Assembly (NCBI GenBank): GCA_017467815.1
Contig: JAFUKI010000077.1
Coordinates: forward strand, 4,797 to 68,796
From: Clostridia bacterium
GTDB taxonomy: Bacteria; Bacillota; Clostridia; Oscillospirales; CAG-272
DNA: 64,000 nt
Reading direction: 5' to 3'
The notes under the pieces are model-generated. The model was not told the origin of the DNA. It saw only the letters and a program-made list of their open reading frames with translations, and did not search any database. The translations under genes and the position numbers were made by a program. This document shows positions 20,695-30,626 of the stretch, in pieces; the stretch's first letter is position 1; each line of letters opens with the position of its first letter.

Positions 20695-20850
20695 TCAAGC
20701 CGGTTAGGATACCGAAAACTACGGTATACCCCGGTTTGCGCTGAAATGGCAGTGCAGATATAAGAAGATTGAGTAAAGCCCTGATTGTTGGGCGATTTTC
20801 CGACGGTGAAAACCGGACGGATATAAGTAAGCAAAAGGAGGACATGGAAA

Positions 20851-21195
20851 ATGCCCGGTACCAGAAAACTCGGCAGACCCACGGCTCACAGAAACGCTAT
20901 GCTGCGTGGTATGGTAACCTACCTCATCGAGAACGGTTCCATCGAAACCACCCTGACTCGCGCTAAGGAAGTTCGTGCCATTGCTGAAAAGATGATTACC
21001 CTTGGCAAGAAGAACACCCTTGCAAGCCGTCGTGCTGCTCTCGCATACATCACCAAAGAAGATGTTGTAAAGAAGCTCTTCGACGAAACTGCGCCCAAGT
21101 ACGCAGACCGCACTGGTGGTTATACACAGATCTATAAGCTCGGTCCCCGCCGCGGTGATGCAGCCGAAATGGCTCTCATCAAGCTCGTAGACTAA
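20851..21195 (+). CDS. rplQ: 50S ribosomal protein L17
   Basis: 114-aa bL17. Confidence 0.96.
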   Translation: MPGTRKLGRPTAHRNAMLRGMVTYLIENGSIETTLTRAKEVRAIAEKMITLGKKNTLASRRAALAYITKEDVVKKLFDETAPKYADRTGGYTQIYKLGPRRGDAAEMALIKLVD

Positions 21196-21208
21196 TCTTC
21201 ACCAACCT

Positions 21209-21245
21209 ACACCGGATTCATCAGAGTCCGGTGTTTTTGTTTTCT
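21209..21245 (+). terminator. Rho-independent terminator ending the ribosomal superoperon
   Basis: ACACCGGA...TCCGGTGT stem followed by TTTTTGTTTT. Confidence 0.75.
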
Positions 21246-21270
21246 TTTTTTGCAGAGGCTGTTGCATTAA

Positions 21271-21355
21271 GCAGGGGAGGGGGAAACACTTTTTGCGAAA
21301 AAGTATTTCCCCCTCCCCTGCACCCCTCCCTCTTTTCAAAAAACTTCAAAAAAGG
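21271..21355 (+). repeat. Intergenic hairpin-palindrome repeat, copy B (forward)
   Basis: GCAGGGGAGGGGGAAACACTTTTTGCGAAAAAGTATTTCCCCCTCCCCTGC, then CACCCCTCCCTCTTTTCAAAAAACTTCAAAAAA. Confidence 0.85.
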
Positions 21356-21509
21356 GATTAGCAACAGAAATATTAGATTGATTTAAGGGATGCAGGTTTA
21401 CAAATAACAGTTTTGTGCTCTTTTTCTTAGTTTTTAAAAGTTTTCCTTCCCCCAAAAATTATACTTGCAACAACTCTGCACCCACCCTCTTTAAAAACGA
21501 TGAATATGG

Positions 21510-21538
21510 TTGACATGGGGTGGGGTTTGGAGTATAAT
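21510..21538 (+). promoter_or_regulatory. Consensus sigma-A promoter of the GNAT gene
   Basis: TTGACA (21510-21515), 17-nt spacer, TATAAT (21533-21538). Confidence 0.65.
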
Positions 21539-21569
21539 GTATTTATGTTAGATTTGTGGGGGATTTTTT

Positions 21570-22046
21570 ATGATTGTGCGGTTTTATCGGAGTGAAGATG
21601 TGCCGGCGATGCGGGAGATCTGGAATCAGGTTGTGGAAGATGGAATTGCTTTTCCGCAGCTGGATTGTCTGTCGGTTGAGGAAGCGGAGGTTTTCTTCGG
21701 GGAACAGACCTGCTGCGCGGTGGCTGAGCAGGATGGGCAGGTTGTTGGACTTTATATTCTCCATCCCAACAATATTGGACGCTGCGGGCATATTGGTAAT
21801 GCCAGTTATGCGGTGAAGCGGAATTGCCGCGGACTTGGTGCTGGCGAAGCATTGGTACGGCATTGTCTGGCAGCGGCAAAAGAGAAAGGTTTCCGTCTGC
21901 TGCAGTTCAATGCGGTGGTCAAGACCAATGAAGCAGCGCGGCATATTTATGAAAAGCTGGGTTTTGTAACCCTCGGCACGATCCCCGGCGGCTTCCGTAT
22001 GGATGACCGATATGAGGATATTGTACTGTATTATTATGCTCTGTAA
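21570..22046 (+). CDS. GNAT family N-acetyltransferase
   Basis: 158-aa ORF with the acetyl-CoA binding motif RGLGAGEALVRHCL and a GNAT-like C-terminus (YEKLGF). Confidence 0.85.
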   Translation: MIVRFYRSEDVPAMREIWNQVVEDGIAFPQLDCLSVEEAEVFFGEQTCCAVAEQDGQVVGLYILHPNNIGRCGHIGNASYAVKRNCRGLGAGEALVRHCLAAAKEKGFRLLQFNAVVKTNEAARHIYEKLGFVTLGTIPGGFRMDDRYEDIVLYYYAL

Positions 22047-22094
22047 ATAATGATCACCAAATAGAAAGGAGACCCGCCGGTCTCCCTTTTTGTT

Positions 22095-23345
22095 TCAGTT
22101 CACTTTGTTGAGCCTGGTATCTCTGTCTATATACCAGCCAGCAGAAGCACGATCGTTGAAGGAAATACAATACATGAGATCATACCCTTCGATCGTTTCT
22201 GACAGAGGAATACAGAAATATTTGTCATCCTGGGAATAATTGCTTACAATTTCAGCAAAGCTGCAGTGCTGTTTGTTTTCTGCACCGTTGATCTCGTATG
22301 CAATATCGATCCCGTCCATATCCGCATTGCTTGTCGTGAATTTTATGGAAACATCCTCATCATTGTATTCCCATGTACCCTCCATTATGTAGAGGTTCTT
22401 GATATCGACAATATCGTAAGAAGAACTGTATCCAAGGTTGACCGCTGTACAAACCAAAGAATACGTCACTTCAAGAGGGGCATGAGCAGTTGTGGTGGCA
22501 TGAATGCAAACTTCGTGATAACCGTTTGGCAGATCACGGTCATATTGCAGTTCGATATGCTCAAAAGACAGCGACATAAATTTGTAATACGACAGAATTT
22601 GGTCGATCGCCAGCTGTGCGCGTTCGCTCAAAATGATCTCCTCACTTGGACGCACCATTTCATAAGAGTTGTCAATACACCAGTAAGCACTATCGGGAGA
22701 AGCGGCTTCCGAGAAGAAAAATAACTGTTCACACGCAGCAGGACTGATCAGAATCAGCTTTACACCGTTATATCCGCCTGCTCTGCCATCTATCGAAAGG
22801 GCGTACAATGAAGTAGCGGTACCGCTGACACCGTCTATACAGTAATCATAAGTAACCTCTTTGTCGGAGATATCTTTGATATTCAGAGAATAATCTTCTT
22901 CATAAAACCATTCACCGAGCAGATAATCCATGTTTTCAATATCCCCAAGAGATAGTCCATAATGATCATATGTCCATTCACCTGTTGCACTGTCAAGAGT
23001 ATAGACCATCTTGACATTCATCGAAGTGACAAGGGGGGCATAAGTAACACTGTCAGAATACGTAAAATCAAAAGTAAAAAAGGTATCGGAAAATTCTGTA
23101 TACGCCATATTGGTAATTGTAAGGCGGTTGGCATCTATAGCCAGTCTTTCTGCCAGAAGTGCCTGTGCCGTTTCCACATCCACTGGAGGTTCTGTTTCTT
23201 CCACAGGCGGTTCGGTTTCTGCCGGTTTGGTTTCAACGATCGTCGGCTTGGTTTCAAGGGTCTCCTCCGGAACATCGCTGGAACAACCATACAGTCCGGC
23301 AGACAATAAAACCATAAAAAGGAACATCGCAATGCATTTTTTCAT
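22095..23345 (-). CDS. Lipoprotein of unknown function
   Basis: Start moved to MKKCIAMFLFMVLLSAGLYGC (lipobox, RBS AAGGAG). A Thr/Glu/Pro-rich linker follows, then about 340 aa with no recognised family. Confidence 0.6.
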   Translation of the reverse strand: MKKCIAMFLFMVLLSAGLYGCSSDVPEETLETKPTIVETKPAETEPPVEETEPPVDVETAQALLAERLAIDANRLTITNMAYTEFSDTFFTFDFTYSDSVTYAPLVTSMNVKMVYTLDSATGEWTYDHYGLSLGDIENMDYLLGEWFYEEDYSLNIKDISDKEVTYDYCIDGVSGTATSLYALSIDGRAGGYNGVKLILISPAACEQLFFFSEAASPDSAYWCIDNSYEMVRPSEEIILSERAQLAIDQILSYYKFMSLSFEHIELQYDRDLPNGYHEVCIHATTTAHAPLEVTYSLVCTAVNLGYSSSYDIVDIKNLYIMEGTWEYNDEDVSIKFTTSNADMDGIDIAYEINGAENKQHCSFAEIVSNYSQDDKYFCIPLSETIEGYDLMYCISFNDRASAGWYIDRDTRLNKVN

Positions 23346-23580
23346 AATGTAACTCCTTAAATTGATCATTCGCTGATAAACCCACTCTCATAACGGGTAA
23401 CCGGGAAAAAAGACAAAAGAATACAATACAGAGTCATCAGCTCATACTAATTATAGCACAATAATGCCGTTTTGAAAAGTTCTTTTCTGTACACTCTCTG
23501 ACTTTTCTATAAACTCCCCAAAATTATGTGCAAGAATATTACGCATGGTGAGGACATACACATAAAAACCATTTCAGATC

Positions 23581-23650
23581 TTTTCAAAGTTTTTGAAAAG
23601 ATAGGGGTTTGGGGGAAGAAAAACTTTTTTCAAAAAGTTTTTCTTCCCCC
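23581..23650 (-). repeat. Intergenic hairpin-palindrome repeat, copy C (reverse on the + strand, so forward relative to the upstream minus-strand gene)
   Basis: TTTTCAAAGTTTTTGAAAAG...GGGGGAAGAAAAACTTTTTTCAAAAAGTTTTTCTTCCCCC, 17 nt beyond the DAHP synthase stop. Confidence 0.85.
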
Positions 23651-23667
23651 AAAAAATTAACGATCCC

Positions 23668-24696
23668 TCAAACCAATTCAGCAATGTCGTAAATCAGGCG
23701 TTCTGTCTTTTCCCAGCCGAGGCAGGGGTCGGTGATGGACTTACCATAGATGCATTCGCCGATTTTCTGGGCGCCGTCTTCGATGTAGCTTTCAATCATG
23801 AAGCCTTTGACCATTTTTTTGATATCGGCACTGTGGCGGCAGCTGTACAGAACTTCCTTCACGATACGGGGCTGTTCCAGATACTTTTTACCGGAGTTTG
23901 CGTGGTTGGTGTCAATGATGGCGGCAGGATTGGCAAGACCGCTGGCTGCGTAGATCTCGCACAGATTCAGCAGATCTTCAAAATGATAGTTGGGCATGGA
24001 ATGACCCTGCTTGTTCACATAGCCGCGCATGATGGCATGGCTCAGGGGGTTACCCTGGGAATGTACCTCCCAGCCGCGGTAGATGAACGTGTGGGCGTGC
24101 TGCGCGGCTGTGATGGCGTTCATCATAACGGACAGATCGCCGCCGGTGGGGTTCTTCATACCAACCGGAATGGACAAACCGCTGGCGGTCAGACGGTGCT
24201 GCTGATTTTCCACAGAACGGGCGCCGATGGCTACATACGCCAGAATATCGTTCAGATACCGGTAATTTTCCGGGTACAGCATTTCGTCCGCACAGGTGAA
24301 TCCCGTTTCCTTCAAGGCACGGATGTGCAGTTCGCGGATGGTAACGATACCCTTGTACATATCCGGTTTTTCGTTGGGGTCGGGCTGGTGCAGCATACCC
24401 TTGTAGCCATCCCCTGTGGTTCTGGGCTTATTTGTGTAGATACGGGGAATAATGTATACCTTATCCTTAACCTTCTCCTGGATCTCTGCCAGACGACTGA
24501 TGTAATCCAGTACACTGTCTTCATTGTCCGCAGAGCAGGGACCGATGATCAGAAGGAACTTGTCGGACGCACCGGTGAAAATATCCGCGATCTCCTTTTC
24601 TCTCCGGGTAACGACCTGCTGCTGTTCGGCGGTCAGAGGGTACATCTTCTTCACATCCATGGGGATGGGCAGTTTTCTTTCAAAAATCATATTCAT
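23668..24696 (-). CDS. 3-deoxy-7-phosphoheptulonate (DAHP) synthase, class I (AroF/G/H-like)
   Basis: 342 aa with GPCS, KPRT and IDxxHxN motifs typical of class I DAHP synthases. Confidence 0.9.
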   Translation of the reverse strand: MNMIFERKLPIPMDVKKMYPLTAEQQQVVTRREKEIADIFTGASDKFLLIIGPCSADNEDSVLDYISRLAEIQEKVKDKVYIIPRIYTNKPRTTGDGYKGMLHQPDPNEKPDMYKGIVTIRELHIRALKETGFTCADEMLYPENYRYLNDILAYVAIGARSVENQQHRLTASGLSIPVGMKNPTGGDLSVMMNAITAAQHAHTFIYRGWEVHSQGNPLSHAIMRGYVNKQGHSMPNYHFEDLLNLCEIYAASGLANPAAIIDTNHANSGKKYLEQPRIVKEVLYSCRHSADIKKMVKGFMIESYIEDGAQKIGECIYGKSITDPCLGWEKTERLIYDIAELV

Positions 24697-24716
24697 AACA
24701 CAAAATCTCCGTTTCT

Positions 24717-25574
24717 TTACTTTTTATCAAACAACGCCCGTCTTGCTGTAGACTGACGCATCATTTCCTGCATATCTTCCATATTTCCGTCGGCAATCAT
24801 GTCACGCAGGGAAACAAACTGCTTCAGGAATAAATCCATCTGGTCGAGAAGTGCATCTCTGTTTTCCATAAACAGCTCGCTCCACATATACTCGTTGATC
24901 CGCGCAATTCGCGTCAGATCCCGGAAAGAGTCACCGGTGAACTTCTCCATGTTTTCCTTGTCATTACAGGTCATCAGGGCAACGGCAATACAGTGGGTCA
25001 GCTGGGAGAGGAAACCGATCATTTCGTCATGTTCTTCCGGCGAAAGCTCCGCTACATTGGTGAACCCCAGCAGAAGACCCAATTCCTTACAGGTGGCAAT
25101 CGCTTCGGGGGTGTTCTTTTCGGTGGGGGTGACAATGTAGTTCGCACCGATGAAAATCCGCGACGTACTGTTTTCCACCCCGGAAACTTCCCGTCCTGCC
25201 ATGGGGTGCGCGGCAATGAATTCCACATCTTCCCGAAGCATATCCTGAATCTTGTATACAATACTGCCTTTGACACCGGTTACGTCCGTGATCAGCGCGC
25301 CGGGCTTGAAGTATTTCTGATTTTCCCGGATCCATTCCACAAATACGTGGGGATACAACGCGAAGATCAGCAGATCCGCTTCCCCGATCATCCGGGGATT
25401 AATTGCCGTAGTCCCTTCGTCGATCAGTCCTTTTTCCAGGGCATAATCGATGGAACTCTGGGACTTCGTAATGGCGGAAATGTGAAAACCGAACCGTTTC
25501 AGAGCTTCGGCATAACTTCCGCCCAGAAGCCCAAGTCCCACAATCATCACTTTTTTGTTTACATCAATAATCAT
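24717..25574 (-). CDS. tyrA: Prephenate dehydrogenase
   Basis: 285 aa with N-terminal Rossmann GLGLLGGS and HPMAG. Confidence 0.88.
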   Translation of the reverse strand: MIIDVNKKVMIVGLGLLGGSYAEALKRFGFHISAITKSQSSIDYALEKGLIDEGTTAINPRMIGEADLLIFALYPHVFVEWIRENQKYFKPGALITDVTGVKGSIVYKIQDMLREDVEFIAAHPMAGREVSGVENSTSRIFIGANYIVTPTEKNTPEAIATCKELGLLLGFTNVAELSPEEHDEMIGFLSQLTHCIAVALMTCNDKENMEKFTGDSFRDLTRIARINEYMWSELFMENRDALLDQMDLFLKQFVSLRDMIADGNMEDMQEMMRQSTARRALFDKK

Positions 25575-26779
25575 AGTATCTCAACCTTTCCGCTCAGACA
25601 TTCCATATCTTCAAAAAATCCTGGATAACTTTTGCGAACTGCTTCCGCACCGGCGATTTCACCGCCCACAGCACTGAGCACCACTGCCATCGCCATGACA
25701 ATCCGATGATCGTTGTGTCCGTCGATGATGGTTTCGGGCGCATGAAGTACCTGTCCGCCGGGGACTGTGATCCGGTTCTCCTCACAAACCAGAGTGATAC
25801 CCACCTTGGCAAGCTCCTCTGCCATCGCCGCACCACGGTCGCTTTCCTTAACCGCCAGTCTTGCTGTACCGGTGAAAACGCCGCCGTTTTTCAGAGCAGC
25901 CACCGCCAGCAGAACCGGACCAAGATCGGGACAGTCGGAAATATCAATCACAGGCGCGCCGGCACATAATGCAGGATAATGTTCCTTATATACCCGATCC
26001 CCCTGCAGACTGTCCGCCGCCAGACCGCCGACCCGTACATCGCACCCGATACAGTTGAAGGCATCCAGAAAAGCCGCATTGGAAAAATCCCCTTCCACAT
26101 CCCCGGAAAACGGCGCAAACTGCAGTCCGCCGGGAATATAAATGTGATATTCATCCGTGAAGCGAACCGGAATCCCGGCTTTTTCCAGTGCAGAAATGGT
26201 CAGAAGCACGTAGGAACGGCTTTCAAAGGGGGGGAGTATTCCGATATGGCTGTCACCGGAACGGGTCGCCAGAGCGAGAATCATGCCGCTTATGAACTGG
26301 CTGCTGATATCTCCCCGGATCCTGTATTCCCCATGGGTCAGATTGCCGCATACCGTGATTTCCCCCGGTGCGCGTGTGAAGGAAAATCCCTTCTCCCGGC
26401 ACAGGTCTTCGTAAATATCCATGGGCCGTTCCATCAGCCGCCCTTTGCCCCGGAATGTCATGGGTCTGCCGCAGCATAAAGCCATGGGCAGGAGAAACCG
26501 CAGGGTACTTCCGCTTTCCCGGCAGTTCAGAATTGCGCCGTCTCCGCGGAACATTCCCCTGCCGTCCACGGTTACGGTACTGCCGTCCGTGGTGAATTTG
26601 GCGCCGAAGGCTGTCATACAGTCCATGGTGGCGAGAATATCCTCGGAATAGTCCACACCGCCCACAACGCTGATTCCGTCCGCCAGAGCCGCGCAGATCA
26701 GATGTCTGTGTGCCATACTTTTGGAAGGAGGCGCCTGGACCGTACCGTGCAGAAGGGAGGGAGTAATACGGACGTTCAT
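25571..26779 (-). CDS. aroA: 3-phosphoshikimate 1-carboxyvinyltransferase (EPSP synthase)
   Basis: 402 aa with PPSKSMAHR and a typical EPSPS sequence. Confidence 0.93.
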   Translation of the reverse strand: MNVRITPSLLHGTVQAPPSKSMAHRHLICAALADGISVVGGVDYSEDILATMDCMTAFGAKFTTDGSTVTVDGRGMFRGDGAILNCRESGSTLRFLLPMALCCGRPMTFRGKGRLMERPMDIYEDLCREKGFSFTRAPGEITVCGNLTHGEYRIRGDISSQFISGMILALATRSGDSHIGILPPFESRSYVLLTISALEKAGIPVRFTDEYHIYIPGGLQFAPFSGDVEGDFSNAAFLDAFNCIGCDVRVGGLAADSLQGDRVYKEHYPALCAGAPVIDISDCPDLGPVLLAVAALKNGGVFTGTARLAVKESDRGAAMAEELAKVGITLVCEENRITVPGGQVLHAPETIIDGHNDHRIVMAMAVVLSAVGGEIAGAEAVRKSYPGFFEDMECLSGKVEIL

Positions 26780-27216
26780 TTTCCATCCCCCACAGTCTGC
26801 GCCAGATAATCAATGGCTTCCAGATACCCGTCCGTGCCCTTGCCGGTGATGGTCTTCACGCAGGCGTAGCGTACATAGCTGATCTGCCGGAAAGGTTCGC
26901 GCTCGTCCACTTTGGAGATGTGTACCTCAACCGTCGGAATGGATACAGCCTTCAGTGCATCCAGAAGGGCGACACTGGTATGGGTATAGGCGCCGGGGTT
27001 GATGACGATGCCGTCGATGTTCCCGTAAGCCGCCTGGATCCGATCCACCAGATCCCCTTCGTGATTGGACTGGTAGGTTTCCACCGCAATGCCGTTGTCC
27101 GCGCAGTGCTTCTCGATCTTGGCGATCAGGGAAGCGAAATTTTCTTTTCCGTATATAGCAGGTTCACGGATACCCAACATATTGATATTGGGACCGTTGA
27201 TAACCAGAATTTTCAT
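26776..27216 (-). CDS. aroQ: 3-dehydroquinate dehydratase, type II
   Basis: 146 aa, MKILVINGPNINMLGIREPAIYG. Confidence 0.93.
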   Translation of the reverse strand: MKILVINGPNINMLGIREPAIYGKENFASLIAKIEKHCADNGIAVETYQSNHEGDLVDRIQAAYGNIDGIVINPGAYTHTSVALLDALKAVSIPTVEVHISKVDEREPFRQISYVRYACVKTITGKGTDGYLEAIDYLAQTVGDGK

Positions 27217-27226
27217 GATGGTTCTC

Positions 27227-28477
27227 CTATCTGTGTAAACTCAAAATCTTCTCCGCGTTGATCTCCGGGTCCTCATTCATCGGCACAATCACATCCGCCG
27301 TACCGCAGTACCGCCCGTAACGCTCCGCATACCGCCTGCGTATCGCATCAGCAGAATTGGCAGTAGGTCTGTCCGCCGTAGGAAGCAGCTTGTCCAAAGG
27401 CCGATCCAAAAAGTAGATCTTCCCGTTCTGCCGCAGTGCATCCATGTTGTCATCCCGAAGAATCGCACCGCCGCCGGTAGCGATCACCAAAGCACTGTTC
27501 TTCCCCACCTCGGCAACCACATCCCGTTCCCGTTCTCTGAAACCGGCTTCACCGAATTTCTCGAAAATCTCCGGAATTTCCATGCCGTACTTCTTCACGA
27601 TTTCCACATCCGTGTCCACAAAAGTACGTCCGGTCTCTTCCGCCAGCAGCCTGCCCACCGTGGTTTTCCCGGACGCCGGCATACCGGTCAGAACAATATT
27701 CTGCTTGGAAAGGAAGATCTCTCTGTAGGTTTCTTCAATAATCTCCGGCTCATAGGTCTTGCCTGTGAACTTTTCCGCCGCAAATACCGCCTGGGCAACC
27801 AGCATATATAACCCGCCTTCCGCCGGAATGCCCTTTTCCCTGGCATCCATAATCAGACGGGAAGCGAGAGGGTTGTAAATCGCATCAAACACGCCGGACA
27901 GATTGGGGAAGCAGTTTATATCCACCGGAGATACACCGGGATTCGGATACATTCCCACAGGAGTGGTGTTCAGGATCACACCGGCGTCCCAGTGCTGACG
28001 GGAAGCCTGTTCGTAGGTGATCACACCGGGCTTTTCTGTGCGGCTGACCACGATAATCTCCCCGGCATCCATGGCTTCGGCAACAGCACGTGCCGTACGG
28101 GAAGTACCGCCGGTGCCGAGGATGAGTACCTTTTTCCCGGCAAGGGAGATCCCGGCACGGGTGATACAGCTTTTCATCCCGAAAAAGTCCGTGTTGTAAC
28201 CGTACAGTTTGCCGTCCCGGTTCACAATGGTGTTGACTGCCCCGATGGAACGGGCGATATCGCTGATCTCGTGCAGATATGGGATTACATCCTGCTTGTA
28301 GGGGATGGTGACGTTGATGGCGGTGAATTCTCTCGCCGTCATAAAGGCATCCAGTTCCTCCTTGGGGACTTCTCTGATGGTATACTCATAGGTTTCGATT
28401 CTGTTGTGTATTTCTTTTGAAAAACTGTGGGAAAGATGTTCCCCGATACAGCCGTAGGTCATACTTTTCACCTTCAT
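27227..28477 (-). CDS. aroE/aroK: Bifunctional shikimate dehydrogenase / shikimate kinase fusion
   Basis: 416 aa. The N-terminal ~270 aa are AroE-like. The C-terminal ~150 aa carry the P-loop GMPASGKTT and a shikimate kinase sequence. The ORF ends in TAG. Confidence 0.88.
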   Translation of the reverse strand: MKVKSMTYGCIGEHLSHSFSKEIHNRIETYEYTIREVPKEELDAFMTAREFTAINVTIPYKQDVIPYLHEISDIARSIGAVNTIVNRDGKLYGYNTDFFGMKSCITRAGISLAGKKVLILGTGGTSRTARAVAEAMDAGEIIVVSRTEKPGVITYEQASRQHWDAGVILNTTPVGMYPNPGVSPVDINCFPNLSGVFDAIYNPLASRLIMDAREKGIPAEGGLYMLVAQAVFAAEKFTGKTYEPEIIEETYREIFLSKQNIVLTGMPASGKTTVGRLLAEETGRTFVDTDVEIVKKYGMEIPEIFEKFGEAGFRERERDVVAEVGKNSALVIATGGGAILRDDNMDALRQNGKIYFLDRPLDKLLPTADRPTANSADAIRRRYAERYGRYCGTADVIVPMNEDPEINAEKILSLHR

Positions 28478-28518
28478 TTATTGTATAATCGTGTGATACA
28501 GCAATCAGGCGCCGTGCT

Positions 28519-29607
28519 TCACACAAGATAATCCGTTCCGTATCTCTGCGCCAGCATATCACAAAGCGCCAACGCCGTTACACTGTCCACGACCACTCTT
28601 GCCCGATGGATAATGGCAGGATCGTGCCGTCCATGAATAAGCAGAGGGGCATTTTCCATTCTGGCAAAATCCACCGTTTCCTGTTCCTTGTAGATGGAAG
28701 GCGTGGGTTTGACGACACAGGAGAAGAGAAGAGGCATACCGTTGGTAATACCGCCGTTGATGCCGCCGTTGTTGTTGGTGGCGGTAACGATTTTCTCACC
28801 GTCCATGCGGAAGTTGTCGTTGACTTCACTGCCGAAGCGGTCCGCCATGTCAAATCCCATTCCGAACTGCACACCCTTCACACCGGGGATGCTGAACAGA
28901 ATATGGGACAGAACGCTTTCCACCGAATCAAACCACGGCTCGCCCACACCGGCAGGCATACCGATGACGGCAGTTTCCAGAATACCGCCCACGCTGTCGC
29001 CCATTTCCGCCGCCTGGGTGATCTTCATTTCCATTTCCTTCGCCCGGATTTCGTCCAGTACGGCAAATTCCAGTTCGTTCACCGCCGCCAGATCCGCTGG
29101 CAGATCGCCGAATGCCCGATCTTCCACACCGGCACAGCGGCGGATATGGGTACCGATCACAATCCCCTTGTTCCGGAGGATCTGAATGGCAATGGCACCT
29201 GCCGCCACCAGTCCGGCTGTGACCCGACCGCTGAAATGACCGCCGCCCCTGTAATCCTCGAAACCGTGGTATTTGCAGTTGGCGGTGTAATCGGCATGAC
29301 CCGGACGGGCGAGAAACCGCGTGGCGCTGTAATCCTTGCTTTTGGTGTTCTGATTGGGGATGGAGATCATAATGGGCGTACCGGTGGTCTTTCCATCAAA
29401 TACACCGCTGGCAATCACAAAAGGATCTTCCTCCTGACGGGCAGTGGAAATTCTGCCTTTGGGACGGCGCAGGGTAAGCTGATGGGCGATAAATGCCTCA
29501 TCCACGGGAATACCGGGTGCCAGACCGTCCAGTACCGCACCGATCTGTCCGCCGTGGCTTTCACCGAATAGGGTAAGCGCAACACTCTGACCAAAGGTAT
29601 TTTTCAT
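28519..29607 (-). CDS. aroC: Chorismate synthase
   Basis: 362 aa, FGESHGGQIGAVLDG. Confidence 0.95.
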   Translation of the reverse strand: MKNTFGQSVALTLFGESHGGQIGAVLDGLAPGIPVDEAFIAHQLTLRRPKGRISTARQEEDPFVIASGVFDGKTTGTPIMISIPNQNTKSKDYSATRFLARPGHADYTANCKYHGFEDYRGGGHFSGRVTAGLVAAGAIAIQILRNKGIVIGTHIRRCAGVEDRAFGDLPADLAAVNELEFAVLDEIRAKEMEMKITQAAEMGDSVGGILETAVIGMPAGVGEPWFDSVESVLSHILFSIPGVKGVQFGMGFDMADRFGSEVNDNFRMDGEKIVTATNNNGGINGGITNGMPLLFSCVVKPTPSIYKEQETVDFARMENAPLLIHGRHDPAIIHRARVVVDSVTALALCDMLAQRYGTDYLV

Positions 29608-30626
29608 GCTTCCTTTCCTCCCACATACACCTTCAGGCGGTTTTCCAGTTCCTCATAGGTGATTTTCGTCAAATGGAATGTTCCCGGTTCTTCCACAGTG
29701 GTAACGGCAATGGTGTCCCCTTCGGATTTTTTGTCGTGTACCATGGCCTCTGTTATCTTTTCCAGAGAAAAATGATATTCCACAGGCAGACCCAGCTTCT
29801 GCAGAACCGGAATCAGCCGTTCTCTCACCGCCGGCGCACACATGGGAATCATGCCCAGCGCAACGCATTCCCCGTGATAATACCCGTGTAGTCCTTCTTC
29901 ACTCTCGATACCATGTCCGATGGTGTGCCCGAAGTTGAGAATCTTGCGCAGACCCATCTCTCTTTCGTCCTGTTCCACCACATATTTCTTGATCATCAGG
30001 GAACGGACGATCACCGTGTCGATAGCGGCAATGGGATCTTCTTTTTCAAACAGGGCAAACAGCTCCGCATCCGACGTAAGCGCCATTTTCACTGCTTCCG
30101 CCAGTCCGTTGACCACCTGCCGACGGGGCAGAGTAGCCAGCACATCCGGGTCAATGACCACTTTCTTCGGCTGATGGAAGGCACCTACGATATTCTTGAT
30201 GCCGCCCAGATTTACAGCAACTTTGCCGCCGATGGAGGAATCGATCTGGGACAGGGTGGTTGTGGGAATGTTGTAAAAATCCACACCGCGCATATAGGAC
30301 GCCGCCACAAATCCGGCAAGATCCCCCACCACGCCGCCGCCGACCGCGACCACGCAGTCCTTACGGGTGAATCCCTTGTCCAGCATCACCTTCAGCAGTG
30401 CTTCCCACTGTGCCGGGGATTTGCTGTCCTCACCCTGGGGTACGGTAACGATTACGGGATTTCTGCACTGTGCCGCAACGGTTTTCGCATACTCTGCCGG
30501 TACACCCTCGTCGGTAACGATCAGAACATTCCGGCGGAGAGGGAGCAGCTCGCCGACTTTCTGCAGGGAAGCTCTTTCAATGACAATGTCATAACTGCGT
30601 TCCCCCAACTGAACGGATAAAATCAT
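29604..30626 (-). CDS. aroB: 3-dehydroquinate synthase
   Basis: 340 aa with GGGVVGDLAGF and typical metal-binding His residues. Confidence 0.93.
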   Translation of the reverse strand: MILSVQLGERSYDIVIERASLQKVGELLPLRRNVLIVTDEGVPAEYAKTVAAQCRNPVIVTVPQGEDSKSPAQWEALLKVMLDKGFTRKDCVVAVGGGVVGDLAGFVAASYMRGVDFYNIPTTTLSQIDSSIGGKVAVNLGGIKNIVGAFHQPKKVVIDPDVLATLPRRQVVNGLAEAVKMALTSDAELFALFEKEDPIAAIDTVIVRSLMIKKYVVEQDEREMGLRKILNFGHTIGHGIESEEGLHGYYHGECVALGMIPMCAPAVRERLIPVLQKLGLPVEYHFSLEKITEAMVHDKKSEGDTIAVTTVEEPGTFHLTKITYEELENRLKVYVGGKEA

